A DNA stretch of 62,407 bases, the filler included, from Circinaria calcarea (Eukaryota): NCBI GenBank assembly GCA_051942165.1. It is 32 parts of 32 records of this genome, joined end to end, with 100 filler letters (N's around TTAATTAATTAA, not from the genome) between each part and the next. Parts side by side here need not be neighbours in the genome. Positions count along the whole stretch, not along the records: positions 50,859 to 52,702 come from JAVECS010004163.1; positions 52,803 to 54,646 come from JAVECS010004164.1; positions 54,747 to 56,589 come from JAVECS010004165.1; positions 56,690 to 58,529 come from JAVECS010004166.1; positions 58,630 to 60,469 come from JAVECS010004167.1; positions 60,570 to 62,407 come from JAVECS010004169.1; 26 more parts are not named here. One strand, given 5' to 3'. Each line of letters begins with the position of its first letter. Position 1 is the first letter of the stretch. This document shows positions 50,759 to 62,407 of this stretch, piece after piece. Position numbers and translations under genes: made by a program. The notes beneath the pieces were generated by a model that was given only the letters and a program-made list of their open reading frames with translations, was not told where the DNA came from and did not search any database.

Positions 50759-51529
50759 NNNNNNNNNNNNNNNNNNNNNNNNNNNNNNNNNNNNNNNNNN
50801 NNTTAATTAATTAANNNNNNNNNNNNNNNNNNNNNNNNNNNNNNNNNNNNNNNNNNNNTGAGAAGCAAGACCAGCATCATGGGTGGACTCTCTAACGTAT
50901 TGCCGCGGTTCACGCAATCCCTGCTTCCAAGTGATGTTGAGCTGTATATTCTCCTTGCCTATCATGCATTGAGGGATCTTCAATTTTATTTCAAGGGATG
51001 GGCCATGCTGGTGCTGTCGCCTGATTTTGTTCTAGGAGATTTAGCACCTATTTTCCTCTAAACAGCAGTGTAGCACCCACTCTGGCATGGTCCGGGGCAT
51101 GCAATAAGTTCTGGTATTCTGGGGATGAATCATCATCGACATCGGTAACGTTGTGCAGTGCAGCTGATTCAGTTCGCTGTGTGAACGACTGGCTCATAGC
51201 TGAGTGCAAGGAAGACGAGGTCTCAAACAGATCGGGAAGAGGGAAACTGGTAGAGAAGATGCGGACACAAAAGATTGATGAGCACACCACGATATTTTAT
51301 ATCTCCGATTATATTTCAAATGAAATAACTACTAAAGCTGCCGAATAATAATGACATAAGCACAAGAATCCATTCCAGAAAGGCTTAACCTGCCAGCCTT
51401 GGCGGAGTGTCACAGCCCGCTAACTGGTCGTCATGAAACCAACAATCCATTTCCTCCTTTAAAGCATAATACTCGACTCGCTTCTTCCGCGAAGGCTGAG
51501 TAGCTTTAGACAGCTCGTGAGGGCAAACC

Positions 51530-51880
51530 TCATGCTTTCTTAGCTTGAGTTTATTTTGATAATTCGAAGGGCTATGCCTCTCAACTCTGAAACCGGCGTC
51601 TCCCTATGCGCGGCATTGGTCCAGTCATGAAACATCTACCACTGAGGGAACTAACCAACTGATCACGATTCGGCGGCCATTTATCAGCCTCCGAGCTATA
51701 CTCCCATCGCTGATGATCGCGCTCCACCAGAAGATACACCTTCACGCCGCATAATATGTGCAAGCCATAAGCCTTTCTAATCAGGTTTAGACGCCGTCTT
51801 CGAAGTCGCTCGCCCCTGGTTTTTTAATTGCGGGCCTGTTTCGGCAGTCGTGGAAGGCCTCGAGGTTTGCGCACAGGCAT
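51530..51880 (-). pseudogene. Small divergent MADS-box (SRF-like) gene with an in-frame premature TAA
   Basis: MPVRKPRGLPRLPKQARN*KTRGERLRRRRLNLIRKAYGLHILCGVKVYLLV....WEYSS...WPP, then an intron and a short last exon; TAA at 51824-51826. Confidence 0.65.
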
Positions 51881-52182
51881 CGTCAGTCGACCTCAGAATG
51901 AGGAGGAACCACTCGCAATTCAGAACCCTTATAACATCGGCCCACATCCTTGTATCTGGCCATCCGTTTCCTGCAGAAGCCTGTGGCCACCGCCTTTGGC
52001 ATCTTCCTTCCTGTATGAAAAGGAGGGGCTGGTTTCTTCCACTTCCTCCTGCACCACCGTAAATGTGGTCAGGTGGAGCCTGTGGTCTAGTGGCACGGTG
52101 GCAAAGATGCCGGAGACTTTTGTTCATGCGTTCTACATGCCGTGAATCGCCTGGATTTGATCAACCTAAGAGACGAACCAGA

Positions 52183-52702
52183 CATGCCATCGATCGGCAC
52201 GATCATGAGCGCCGCCGAGTGGTATGGGGTAGGGCTTGCATCGGCCTTCACGACATGGATTTTATGGCGTCTCACCTCCCTTATGTCCGGTCGGATCAGG
52301 TACATGTTTCTCAAGCATGTTGCATATCCCAACCGCATAGGCCCGATTGCAATACCAGGAGGCGCTACCCGACTGGAGGTGATGATGTTTGTGGTGTTCT
52401 CGATCGTGAATGCGGTATCTATGTGCTTGAGTGTCCATTCATCTGATCAGGCCTTCTTGCGATCCGGCTTGATCTCGGCTATTAATATGGTTCCATTAGT
52501 TCCGGTGTCGTACAGTAGCCTTATCTCTGACATCTTAGGCATCTCGCTTCGGTGGGAAATGAGAATACAGCAGTGGTTCACACTAATGTCCACTACACAG
52601 GCGTTGATTCACTTGGCAATCATGATCACTCGAAATGCCTCGCGCCTTTTGGATCGAGATAAGCTCTCAGGGTCAGTGGTAAGTCAGGGGGAATGTTTCT
52701 TT
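52183..52702 (+). CDS. Ferric-reductase-like transmembrane protein, 5' part
   Basis: Hydrophobic helices, FLKHVAYP, RSGLISAINMVPL, ISDILGISL, QALIH; donor GTAAGT at ~52679. Confidence 0.7.
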
Positions 52703-52878
52703 NNNNNNNNNNNNNNNNNNNNNNNNNNNNNNNNNNNNNNNNNNNNTTAATTAATTAANNNNNNNNNNNNNNNNNNNNNNNNNNNNNNNNNNNNNNNNNN
52801 NNTATATATATAATATAACATAAAAAAAATATATAATATAATATTAAAAAACTAAAATATAATATAATATAAAAAAAT

Positions 52879-53870
52879 TGTAAGGATTTTTTACGAATAA
52901 TATAATAATTTTATGATAAGGGTCGGTGAATTGTATAATAATAAGCTTAATTGGTTCGTATCAGCGTATGAATTATGTTATGGCGCCAGCACCATACATG
53001 TACTAGGGCCCGATTGGGACTAGCCCCGGAATGGAAGAACCACTAAGCCTGTTGCTCAGTGTGCTCAGTGTGCTCAGGGCATGAGCAAGATGAGCAAGGT
53101 GAGCAGAAGTGCTCAGTGTGCTCAGTGTGCTCGGGGCATGAGCAAGATGAGCAAGGTGAGCAGCTTAGTATATAGGCAGGCTATTCCCGCTCTTTAGAAT
53201 AGCATGCTTATAGAACCACAACGAGTTCAATATATTCTTTTATGTATTGAGCCTAGGGCAACAGTTCAACTACACCCTATGTAACCGTGCTATTACCAAT
53301 CGGGACCTATCATAGTCCTCAATAGGCCCCAAGGATTGCAGCGCCCTTACAAATTATTGCTAAAGAGTTCTCGTATAACGCTTCGCGAGGAAAACCTTTC
53401 TCGCTAAGCCAACACCTAGTGACCTCGGTGTATAGTTCCCCCGTAGGGTTCGTAGGGGTTCTCGGGTAGAGCCCTTACAGTGCCCCCCCTTTCTAAGGCG
53501 CCGCGTCCCGCAAGCTCAGCTGAAAACAACTCCGTAAAAGAAGAAAAAAAATAGCTGCCAGGCTCGTTAAAAACCTCCGTAAAGGAAAAGAGTCCTGGAC
53601 CTTAGTCTGTTACATTTTCGTGGGTCTCGCGAGTATGCTGCGGAGTCCCTATAGGCCATTCCCTTGATATGCTCTCGTAGGCGCTAGTATGCCTTTACGA
53701 AACATTCACGAGGCATTCACTGGACATGTCCTCATAGGCTCCGTAGTTCCTCGCGAGTTTTCCACGGACCATCCTTCTTCTCGCCCTGTATTCGCTGTCT
53801 CGTAGCCTCATCACTTACCTGTGAACACCCTTGGTGTTCCAGGTTTCGTAATTCTTTACGGATCATTCGC
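52879..53870 (-). mobile_element. LTR retroelement 3' end: 220-bp LTR (52879-53479, interrupted by a nested insertion) plus PPT and internal sequence
   Basis: TGTAAGG...CCTTACA perfect 7-bp terminal IR; CCCCCCCTTTCT just after it (minus-strand PPT); homologous to 2695-~3310. Confidence 0.8.
52976..53351. mobile_element. 376-bp nested solo LTR with AATTA TSD
   Basis: TGTTATGGCGC...GCGCCCTTACA (9/11 IR); AATTA at 52971-52975 and 53352-53356. The empty site, with a single AATTA, is visible at 2787-2791. Confidence 0.9.
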
Positions 53871-54194
53871 GAATCTCTGCGAGTTTGATGTCATTCTGAA
53901 GATACCCCCTGCCCCGCGAAGTGGTAAGTTCTGCGAGTATCCTGGCAGGTGTATAGTGAGAATCTTCCTAAGTCTCACTTTTTCTTCACTTTTCTGCGTG
54001 ACTTTTCTATGCAAAGCGGGCATTTCCTTTCATTCCCCTTAGTAAAGGTGACGCTTTCACTTAGTACCACTGCAGTGAACACATTCCTGCTATATATCAA
54101 GCCACTTCTTGCCGTATATAACATATGAAGGAGGCGTTCATCCTCTGGATTGATGGGGATTCTGGCTGACATATATATGTGAAGTAGTAACATC

Positions 54195-54646
54195 ATGAGT
54201 CATCCGGGTCATACTACCGTCGGTGGCGAGGCCGTGGCCGCTTCGCGGCTGTTTCCGCCCTTTGTTGACGTCGCCGGGGACCCCCGGCCCTTGACCGCCG
54301 CGGAGGTCCGCCTCCAAGCCTTGCCTTTCCTGCGGGATTGTTTTGTGAATAAGATCATCAGCCACCTAGAACGGCGTGAGCAATACCGTCAGGCGGTGTT
54401 GATTGTGGAGAGGGGACATATGGCAGCAATGCCATGCGAACGTTGTGCCAGCACCGCTGGCGAGAGGACTTTCAAGGGGTGCTACTTTGCACCAGGGCGC
54501 GTCAAATGCGCCGAGTGTACCAGGAATGGTGGCCCGTGCCGTGGGGCTCTTCGTAAGACTTCCAGTCTTATCACTTTGAGTCCTCCACTAATTTGCAGAT
54601 CTGGCTGTGGTTGTGCCGCCACCCCCTGCGGCGTCGACCCCTGTTG
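54195..54646 (+). CDS. Cys-cluster protein (DUF3716-like), 5' part, intron ~54553-54598
   Basis: QAVLIVERG...PCERC....RTFKGC......KCAEC....PC spacing. Confidence 0.6.
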
Positions 54647-54746
54647 NNNNNNNNNNNNNNNNNNNNNNNNNNNNNNNNNNNNNNNNNNNNTTAATTAATT
54701 AANNNNNNNNNNNNNNNNNNNNNNNNNNNNNNNNNNNNNNNNNNNN

Positions 54747-55022
54747 TGGCCGGAAGCTTCGGAATGTAATGTTGAGCATGAGCTCTTCGGATGTGCTCCT
54801 GCATCGAACGATATCGCTTCTCCTGCAGGTTCAATTGCTGTCACCACATGAAGTGCCACGGGGTGGAAGTCGCAGCAACGAAGGCAATATATGAGCAAGA
54901 GCACTCACGCCAAGGCAGCGTTTGCGACAGTTAGTCCCATCTTGATTCTTCAGAGGACAGACGACCTCGTTGGCCTGATCGGACACGGGGAAAGAGCTTG
55001 TGAGAGCAGATCGAGGTGGCAT
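54747..55022 (-). CDS. Conserved fungal zinc-finger-like regulator (RfeD-like), 5' part, 1 intron
   Basis: VVCPLKNQDGTNCRKRCLG/EKRYRSMQEHIRRAHAQHYIPKLPA spliced in frame; family name recalled, not searched. Confidence 0.7.
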
Positions 55023-58000
55023 GGCCTAACGCATGTATCCTCGTCCGATCGCTTAGGCGGGAAGCGAGAACCCACACTCCCACCCCACAGAGCAGATACG
55101 GCGCACCACGAATTGACGGATGCAGCTGTACGCAATGATGGTGGAGAGTGCGTTGCAGGAGGAATTGAAAGCAGAAGGAAAATGTGGCAGAAATGGAAGC
55201 TGTCGGTGTTGTGTGTGGCAGCTGTGGTAGGGAGTAGTGTATGTGATGCTTGCAGAGTAGCTCCACTAGCGGGTTGGTTCTTGCTATCGATTAGGTTTGG
55301 CCTTCTTTGGGATGAGGGGCAAAGCAGGGACCAATGATCATCGTGGCCAAACTCCCGCTCTTTTGGGGGGGGGAAGCCAAACCCAAGGACCGTAGCTCCG
55401 TAAGGTGCGCTTAGCATACTCGACCAACGGAATCATCATAAAAAGAAATAGATGAAGGGGTGAGCACTAAGGTCTCGCTGGGGCACCCACAGAAGACAGG
55501 CTGTTGTTGCTAGCCTCGTATGGAAGGATGGATGAAACTGATCGGTGCAGACACCACCCCCGTTGAAGAACAGGTAGGCACTGTAAACAAAATCATGTGA
55601 ACGCCGTATGATTTGACGGTGAGAAATGGCGACTGCTAGCCATCAAGCCGGAACCCTGGAATAGCAAAGTATGAGATGGAATAGACCTTGGAACCTCTGC
55701 CGTGATTAAAATCGTGGGACGGAGATGAGCCGAGGAGAGGAGAAGGATTCCAGAAAGGCGCGATAAAGGAGATTGAGTATTCAGCATCAAAGCCAACCAA
55801 GGGCTGTATGTAACCCAGCTCCACTGTCTTCAGGCGTGTATTCATGATGTCCAAAACATCGGAGACGTGAGCGGTCCTCGAATAAATTGGATGGTGCGCG
55901 CTTTCGATGTCCTACATGCCGTGAAATGAGTTGGCGAATGATAGGAGTCAAATCCGGAGGGCTGTCACCTGATGAGGACCGGTGCCCATGTGCGCGCTTT
56001 CTGTCAAGTCACATGACCAAACAAAATGCAGTCCAAATTGAGACCGTTCTCTGAATATCTATCAGTTATATCTTATCAGTTAGAGCCTTACCCGGCGTCT
56101 CCGTATCAGAACGATTTAGATGTGGTTTGGAAGCTCGAATTTGAAAGTTGGCGAAACACGCAGCACGGAGTACATATTTATCAACCCGATCGGTTGGAGT
56201 TGACCACGCCAAGACGGGATCGCCACGGATCCACTTTGATTCTCCCGATTAGCGAGGCCCGGAACAGGACATCACTAGCCGGATCCGATCACGGGAGGAA
56301 GGTGAAGCCTATGACATACAGTTTGGGGGTGAAGCCAAAATGAGCCCGACGTCCCTCCCGCCATTCTTCTATAATCACCCCCTTCCCACTCGTCCATCCA
56401 AATGTCACCACCGGCTTTCCTACAACGCGCACCGTGGATGATGCCAATGGCTTTGCTTGACCTGACTTGACTGACCAACACAATTACCATGGGGACTTGA
56501 TCACTCGACAACGTCACTTTGGGCGGTTGTTCTGTATTCTGTTGCTTCCTGCAGCCTCATTGACCGATCATGTCACTATCCGTCAGGCANNNNNNNNNNN
56601 NNNNNNNNNNNNNNNNNNNNNNNNNNNNNNNNNTTAATTAATTAANNNNNNNNNNNNNNNNNNNNNNNNNNNNNNNNNNNNNNNNNNNNTCCATTCTGCA
56701 TGACTGCAATCTTGAATGCTTGATGAGTTGAGACATGACACCTGGCTCGTATATCTTGACTACTGATTTTCGGCAACCTCTTGATTTCGACCTGGATGAC
56801 TACATGCAGCGATTGAGAAAATGCGGTGATTGTACATGTCATGCTTCTTCCGACGGACCATGTCTTGATGAGCCAGTACGGTCTGATGTGCAAAAGTTTG
56901 TACGGTGATTTTGCTGTCAGCTTCACAAAATCCACGCACCTTGGGATCTCCCGATATTATGTTTTGGCAAAGCACCTCGCATTGCTGATGGTATGTTGCT
57001 CGATTGGCTTACTTCATTGTCATGATCGACTACGTGACTCGTTTTTACTTGATGGACTACTCCATGGTAACGGACCTGAGCTTTGAGAATTGCCAACATT
57101 GCACATTCATCACTAAAAGATGCATGAACGACGTTTGACGTCAACCATTTGCTCTAACATTTTTTGCCCTGCTCTTTTTGTCATTCGTACTTTTACTTGC
57201 TTCAGCCATGGTGATGATCGGGACTTCAGCTAACTTTGATTCGCTTCGGTTCACAATGTCATGTCTTGTATAAGGCGGTCGACGATATGTGCTAGCGATG
57301 CTTCCGAAGCAAAAGGCCTGTGCTACTTGAGCTTTTGGCTAGCTAACCTAGTGTACTTTAGATGCAGCATACACCTTCTTGGCGTGGTTAAACCGACTCA
57401 GTGGTACTTTGTCTATTCCCACATGAGTCCGTGATTGGCATGTGAATAGGAAGACCGCTGAGCTTGCTACCTCGTGGTTTAAACTTTCAACCAAACGTGT
57501 TTACAGGGGTTGCTGTAAGTGCAATCTTAGCCTTTGTATGTAGGACCTTTCCCCCACTCCAAGCCCTTTTCCATGAGCCTAGGACCCTTTCTCTAACCTC
57601 TCCATCAACCCTACCTCCTCCTATCCCTTATCTCTATGCCTACCTATAGTAACGTCTCTCTCACCTTTTTGTCGAACTCCAAACCCCACTTCCGTTTCCC
57701 ACGAATCACAAAAACCGCCCCATATTCCGCCGTTGGCCGCCACATGTTACCTTCTCGGAGTTTCGAACCCCGGCCCCCCCCCCTCCCCCTTTTTTGTTCT
57801 TTTAAACCCCATGGAGCATAGATTAGGTATCGCTAGGTATTCGCTAGGTAATATCTAACCGCATGTAAATAAGGTAGAGAGATCTTGGGGATATATCGTT
57901 GAGGGATGGGTTATGAGTGCAAATAGCGCGGGCGGTATTTTCGTTTCAAACGCCCACGCCCTGTGGAAGTGGGAGCTGGTTAGAGGTTCTATCTATCTTT

Positions 58001-58630
58001 TGCCCATGTATGCCTCGGGGTAGGGGTAGAGTAGATGTAGGTGTAGGTGTAGATGTAGACTGCGGAGCGAAACGAGGGGGAAGGAACGTGTTCTGTGGGA
58101 AGTGGGAAATGGGAATGTAATGTAATGCCTTTGACCGCTTTCGGGGGAAGAGGTTTGGGGAAATTCGTCTACAAAAACCCAAGTCGAGTGTGTAAAGGTT
58201 TTTCAAGTGTCTTTTTGGAAAAGCGAGGGTGGTATTTTGCGTGAAATGAACTAAAGGGTACAGACAGACAGGTAAAGGCGTACGCTTCCATTTGTAGGAG
58301 GACCGGTGTGGATAAGAGGATTCTAGAGTTCCTACAAATATATACACAGCCAGTCTCCTCGATCTTATTTACATAAACTTAACTCCACACACCACCCTTC
58401 ACCCAAAAAATACGCCCCTACGAAACGCTCCCCCACCCTCCTCATCTCAACTAAAAACCCCTATCCATCAAACCACCTTCCCCACCCCTCCCTTCTCTCC
58501 TTCCCTTCCTCTCCGCCCACAAACTTCCTNNNNNNNNNNNNNNNNNNNNNNNNNNNNNNNNNNNNNNNNNNNNTTAATTAATTAANNNNNNNNNNNNNNN
58601 NNNNNNNNNNNNNNNNNNNNNNNNNNNNNT

Positions 58631-58813
58631 TTTCAATCAAACCACAACGCCCACCAGATGAATCACCAGATCAAGATTCACCAACCCTCGGCTCTACGTA
58701 CTCGTAATGCCATTCCGATTGTCAACCCCAGCACCGGGATGCGGGTGGCGAGTCCTCCTCTGTCGATTTCACCCGTGCGGATGCAGCAGCAGACGTACGC
58801 ACGTCGCTGGTGA
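58631..58813 (+). CDS. C-terminal fragment of an unknown protein
   Basis: Open frame from the contig edge: ...RNAIPIVNPSTGMRVASPP...YARRW*. Confidence 0.5.
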   Translation, partial: FQSNHNAHQMNHQIKIHQPSALRTRNAIPIVNPSTGMRVASPPLSISPVRMQQQTYARRW

Positions 58814-60260
58814 CATGATTGCGACTCATGAACTCGAATCATCGTTCTCCGTACCTGTTGCTGCATCTTCATATCTATTGGCGGGCGCCACCGATAATCC
58901 TTCTTCCCTGGTGGACTGTCTTCCGTTCGAGTTTTTCTTGTCACCAACCCGTCGTTCCTTTCAATGTATCACTTACGACTTTAGACGGTTGAGCGATGCT
59001 GCCGTTGCGACACGATCTTATTGAAAATCGAAAATACCCTGTTCTACATAAAAAGGTCTCTCATTGGCCCTGGCTTAGAAATGATGCTTGCTGTGATATT
59101 GGTATGGGAAGCGATGCATCGGAGTTGATTTGTTTGACGGTCATGTTGGAATCCTTGATATTTTGCATTGCGGGGTGGTGCGGTGGGGCGATGGATATTT
59201 TCTAAAGATATGGTGGGGATAAGGTGTTTGCGCGGCTTTGGAACCGAGTCCGCGGACTGCAACTATTGTGTCACACGGGGCGCTTTGGATTCTCTCGTAT
59301 CTCACTCGATTTGTCTCCCTCACGATGGATACGGGCGGTGATGGTTGGATGTCTATGAGCTCTCTCGGAAAGGAAATCGTGTTGCATATACGGGGTTTAG
59401 TTCTCTGGGAGATTTGCGACGGGCTTTTCTCGGGGGGTGGGATTTGATACCTATCTACGTTCGTTTTCTTTGCTTTTTGCAAAGGAGCAAAAACTGGACT
59501 GAATCGGATGGGGACGATGATTGAGCACAGGCGCTCCTGATAGCTGGCTGCCCCCTTTTGTATATTTTTTAAAACTCCCCCAGCAGCAACGTCCATAGAA
59601 ACAACATAAAGCTATTGTCTATTTCCAAACCCCTCCCCCCCCCCAAAACCCAATCCCAGACCCAAACCTGTCTGTACTGTAACCTTTTGAATATTTGGCT
59701 CATGATATAAACCTGGGGGGGGGGGGTGAGGGAAACCCCCGCTTAATGACCGGCAAAACACTCTCCATAACGGAGTACTATTTCACTCATATATCAAAAA
59801 AAAAAAAAATTTGACATGGAATTTCCCCCCAAAATTTTCGGGGGCAATCTATTTAACCTACGCACTGGCAGTGCAGAAAGCTTTGCACTGCTAGTTCAGT
59901 GCGGGTGTTCTGAACTGCACTGATAGTGCGGGCTTGGCAGTGCACACTGCAGTTCGAACTGCCAGTGCGCACTGAACCGGCTGCACTATTGGAGGCCTTG
60001 TTACGGAGTAACTTATCCCTTATACAAGTCTAGCCTTTATCCTAGCACCCTTACATGCGAGCCAAAATCTGGGTACATTGACTTCAGAGTAATCTCGACT
60101 TCGCATGCACATTACATTTAACTTAATTCTATATAAGTCCTGTGGTTAGGCCACCGTGGACTCCTTAAATGTCTCCCAACTTAAATTTTACGCTAACGTC
60201 GCCACCTCGCCGCCTGGTTTATAAAGTGTCTTCTTATTATGATAAAACAGAGTTCTATTA

Positions 60261-60469
60261 GGGCCTGTTTGGCAACCCCCGATTGTTGGAATCGATTTTG
60301 AAAATCGATTTTGGACCCTGAAAATCGCCAAGTGAGCGTTTGGTAAACAGCGATTTTGATTTTTGCGAATACATACAAATTTAGTGCCTTGGCATAAATA
60401 GGTCCGGACCTACTTCTTGCGATTATGAAAATCGATTTTGCGCTAAAAAACACGACAAAAAATGGATGA
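60261..60469. mobile_element. Left end of a PIF/Harbinger (Tourist-like) element or MITE
   Basis: TTA followed by GGGCCTGTTTGG (Tourist/Harbinger-type TIR) and repeated subterminal (A)ATCGATTTTG motifs; the other end lies beyond the contig. Confidence 0.55.
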
Positions 60470-60569
60470 NNNNNNNNNNNNNNNNNNNNNNNNNNNNNNN
60501 NNNNNNNNNNNNNTTAATTAATTAANNNNNNNNNNNNNNNNNNNNNNNNNNNNNNNNNNNNNNNNNNNN

Positions 60570-60950
60570 CGCTCCGGCCGCTCCGTCCTCTTCTGGATCA
60601 ACGGTCACCAACCCACCACCTTCTCCGTCAAAACCGTGCTCGCTAAGGACGGGCAAGAGAGAGGATTGCAATGGGGTCCCCTCAACGGAAAAGGCTCCAT
60701 TGACCTCCTCGACGCTCCGACCGGTAAACCAGAGAATCCGGAAGGGCAAAATCCAGCGGCCGATGAAGACGCAGAGGTCAAGTCCAAAAAACACAAGTTC
60801 TCACGCTGGGTCATCGCCTTCGAGGACGAGATGGAGGCGAGACGGTTTGTGAGGACGTGGCATCGCCGACCTTATCCTTTCCCGATCGCACATGAGGATT
60901 CGACCTATGGGGAGCCGCCGGCGCTAGTCCATGCGGAATTTTTATGGTAG
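60570..60950 (+). CDS. Conserved fungal hypothetical protein, C-terminus
   Basis: RWVIAFEDEMEARRFVRTWHRRPYP...VHAEFLW*. Confidence 0.7.
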   Translation, partial: RSGRSVLFWINGHQPTTFSVKTVLAKDGQERGLQWGPLNGKGSIDLLDAPTGKPENPEGQNPAADEDAEVKSKKHKFSRWVIAFEDEMEARRFVRTWHRRPYPFPIAHEDSTYGEPPALVHAEFLW

Positions 60951-61650
60951 GAGCGGGGGGGGGGAAGTTTATCATTCAGGACGGGTTTGTGCAGAGGTCG
61001 GAGCTGGGAGTTCTTTTCTCCTGAAAAGTAGATTGGTTACCTTGGATCCAGAGACTGTTGGCTGTGTGTGTGTGGTTAGAAATACATTGTATGTACGAGA
61101 TGCAACCCCCCGGGACGAGGAAGAATGAATGCAGCACTTGTACGGCTATGCACATGACAATATGGGGGGGGGGTTCCCCTATGATATTAAACATTATGCA
61201 TAACACAATAAATATCCTTGATTTATTCTATTTTCATATTTCAATATACACCAGTACATCAACCTGAACGCTCCATGAAGAAACGGGGGAAATACATGGA
61301 ATGGGAAGCCCCCTTGCCCTACGGAGAAAGAGATTTTAGCTCGAATTTTTATGATAGGAACTTCTGACAATTTATTAGATTACTGCACATTCTGAATACA
61401 AAAGAAAGATGTTGGGTAGGTATATCCGTTTCGCTCAACCGTCTCCATTAAATACCTCCAAAACCGGGTGGTGATCCATTATTCCCAATAACCTTTCCTC
61501 TCGCTGGCCAAACTTGCGCTCTCTCTTGACCACAAGATACGAGTTTACTCAACCCGAGCTGGGACAATCCAGCGTCTTCGAAAGAAACCTTCAGAAAAAC
61601 AAGTTCCGTTGCGTAGAGTAGTCCACCCTTTCTCTTTGAGAGCTCTGGCT

Positions 61651-62407
61651 TCAATACCGTATACCAGGCAACATGGGAGACACGGGTCTAACACTCACGT
61701 ACGCACCTTTCTTCAGTTCCTCCTGCTGCCTCGTCTCCAGCAACAAGGCCAGCTCTCTCCTCTCCAGCAAAGAGTCCGTTGCGTACTGATCTGCATCCTT
61801 CCCGTAACTTGGGTGCTTCCCGTCTTGGTCTTGTACCACCACACCCATATGCCGGACCTCTTCCGTCGTGGTTGGCACCCTTCCATCGCAGTTGTTCCAG
61901 CTGCCGATACCCGCTTTCTCGTAGACCATGCGCTGCAGCTGCAGCTTTTCATCCAGGGCCCATTGGATTGCTTTGTGCTCGCTGATGTGGAAGCAGCGCT
62001 GGAAGAAGCCGACGAGGGTGTCGATGAAGAGGGAGGCGAAGATGATGGAGCCGCCAAAGACGAGGACGATGAGGAGGCCCAGGAGTGAAAAGGATATGTG
62101 GCTCGAGGTCTGGTGGACTTTTTGCGAGGAGCAGAGGTCTCGGTCGGCCTTGGTTACGGGTTCGGAGATGACGCTGCCTTTACGAATGGTAGAAGGGCCG
62201 CGGCTATACTCGACTATCCAGTCTTGGAATTTGGCGAGCGCGATGTTGTGCCAATTCGTAACCTCGATCTGCCATTGGTTATTCGGGAGTGATATTATAA
62301 TATTGACCCAGAGGGAGTTGTAGGCTTGGAGAGAATTCTAGTTGATTGCGCTAGATGAAATAGACGCCTCCAATAAGTTCAAGAACAATCGGCCGGAAAT
62401 CGCAATC
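61651..62407 (-). CDS. Conserved fungal membrane protein of unknown function, 3' part (in-frame TAG or intron at 62338-62340)
   Basis: LPNNQWQIEV..W....LAKFQ...VEY..GP, LCSSQKV, TM helix SFSLLGLLIVLVFGGSII, QWALDEKLQLQRMVYE. Confidence 0.75.

Noticed and set aside
56690..57209. Possible minus-strand multi-exon gene start
   Set aside because: Splice-like signals exist, but I could not build a convincing or recognisable protein.
1875..60569. Regularly spaced TTAATTAATTAA repeats, and any gene cluster spanning them
   Set aside because: They are artificial spacers between size-sorted contigs. They are not a CRISPR array, and no synteny (for example an 'immunity island') can be inferred across them. 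ORFs ending in X...LIN are artefacts.

Overview
This window is not one locus. It is 32 unlinked short contigs (about 1874 bp down to 1838 bp, sorted by decreasing length) joined by a 100-bp artificial spacer (44 N + TTAATTAATTAA + 44 N). The DNA comes from a filamentous ascomycete (Pezizomycotina). Evidence: short GT..AG introns with CTRAC/CTAAY branch sites, recognisable fungal orthologues and RIP-like transition decay of repeats. Most contigs carry truncated housekeeping genes (GCD6, SEY1, MFAP1, TRS31, CDC48, Rab4, PEX5, SWI6, OPI1, a CHIP-like protein, a GT90, a GH2, an NR-PKS thioesterase). Several carry immunity/cell-death genes: a HeLo-like-NACHT NLR head-to-head with a second HeLo-like gene, a patatin-NACHT fusion and a caspase-like protease. 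Mobile DNA found by eye includes a ~220-bp LTR family seen both empty and interrupted by a nested 376-bp solo LTR with an AATTA TSD, a 131-bp solo LTR with an AGGAT TSD, and a Harbinger/Tourist-like left end. The standout is contig 41125-42972. It is an apparently non-coding ~1.01-kb repeating unit present in diverged variants, with several compensatory base-pair changes and G-U pairs that favour the minus strand. It is a candidate structured, circular or multimeric satellite or viroid-like element, but I could not recognise a known ribozyme in it. Gene calls come from motif recognition only; no database searches were run.
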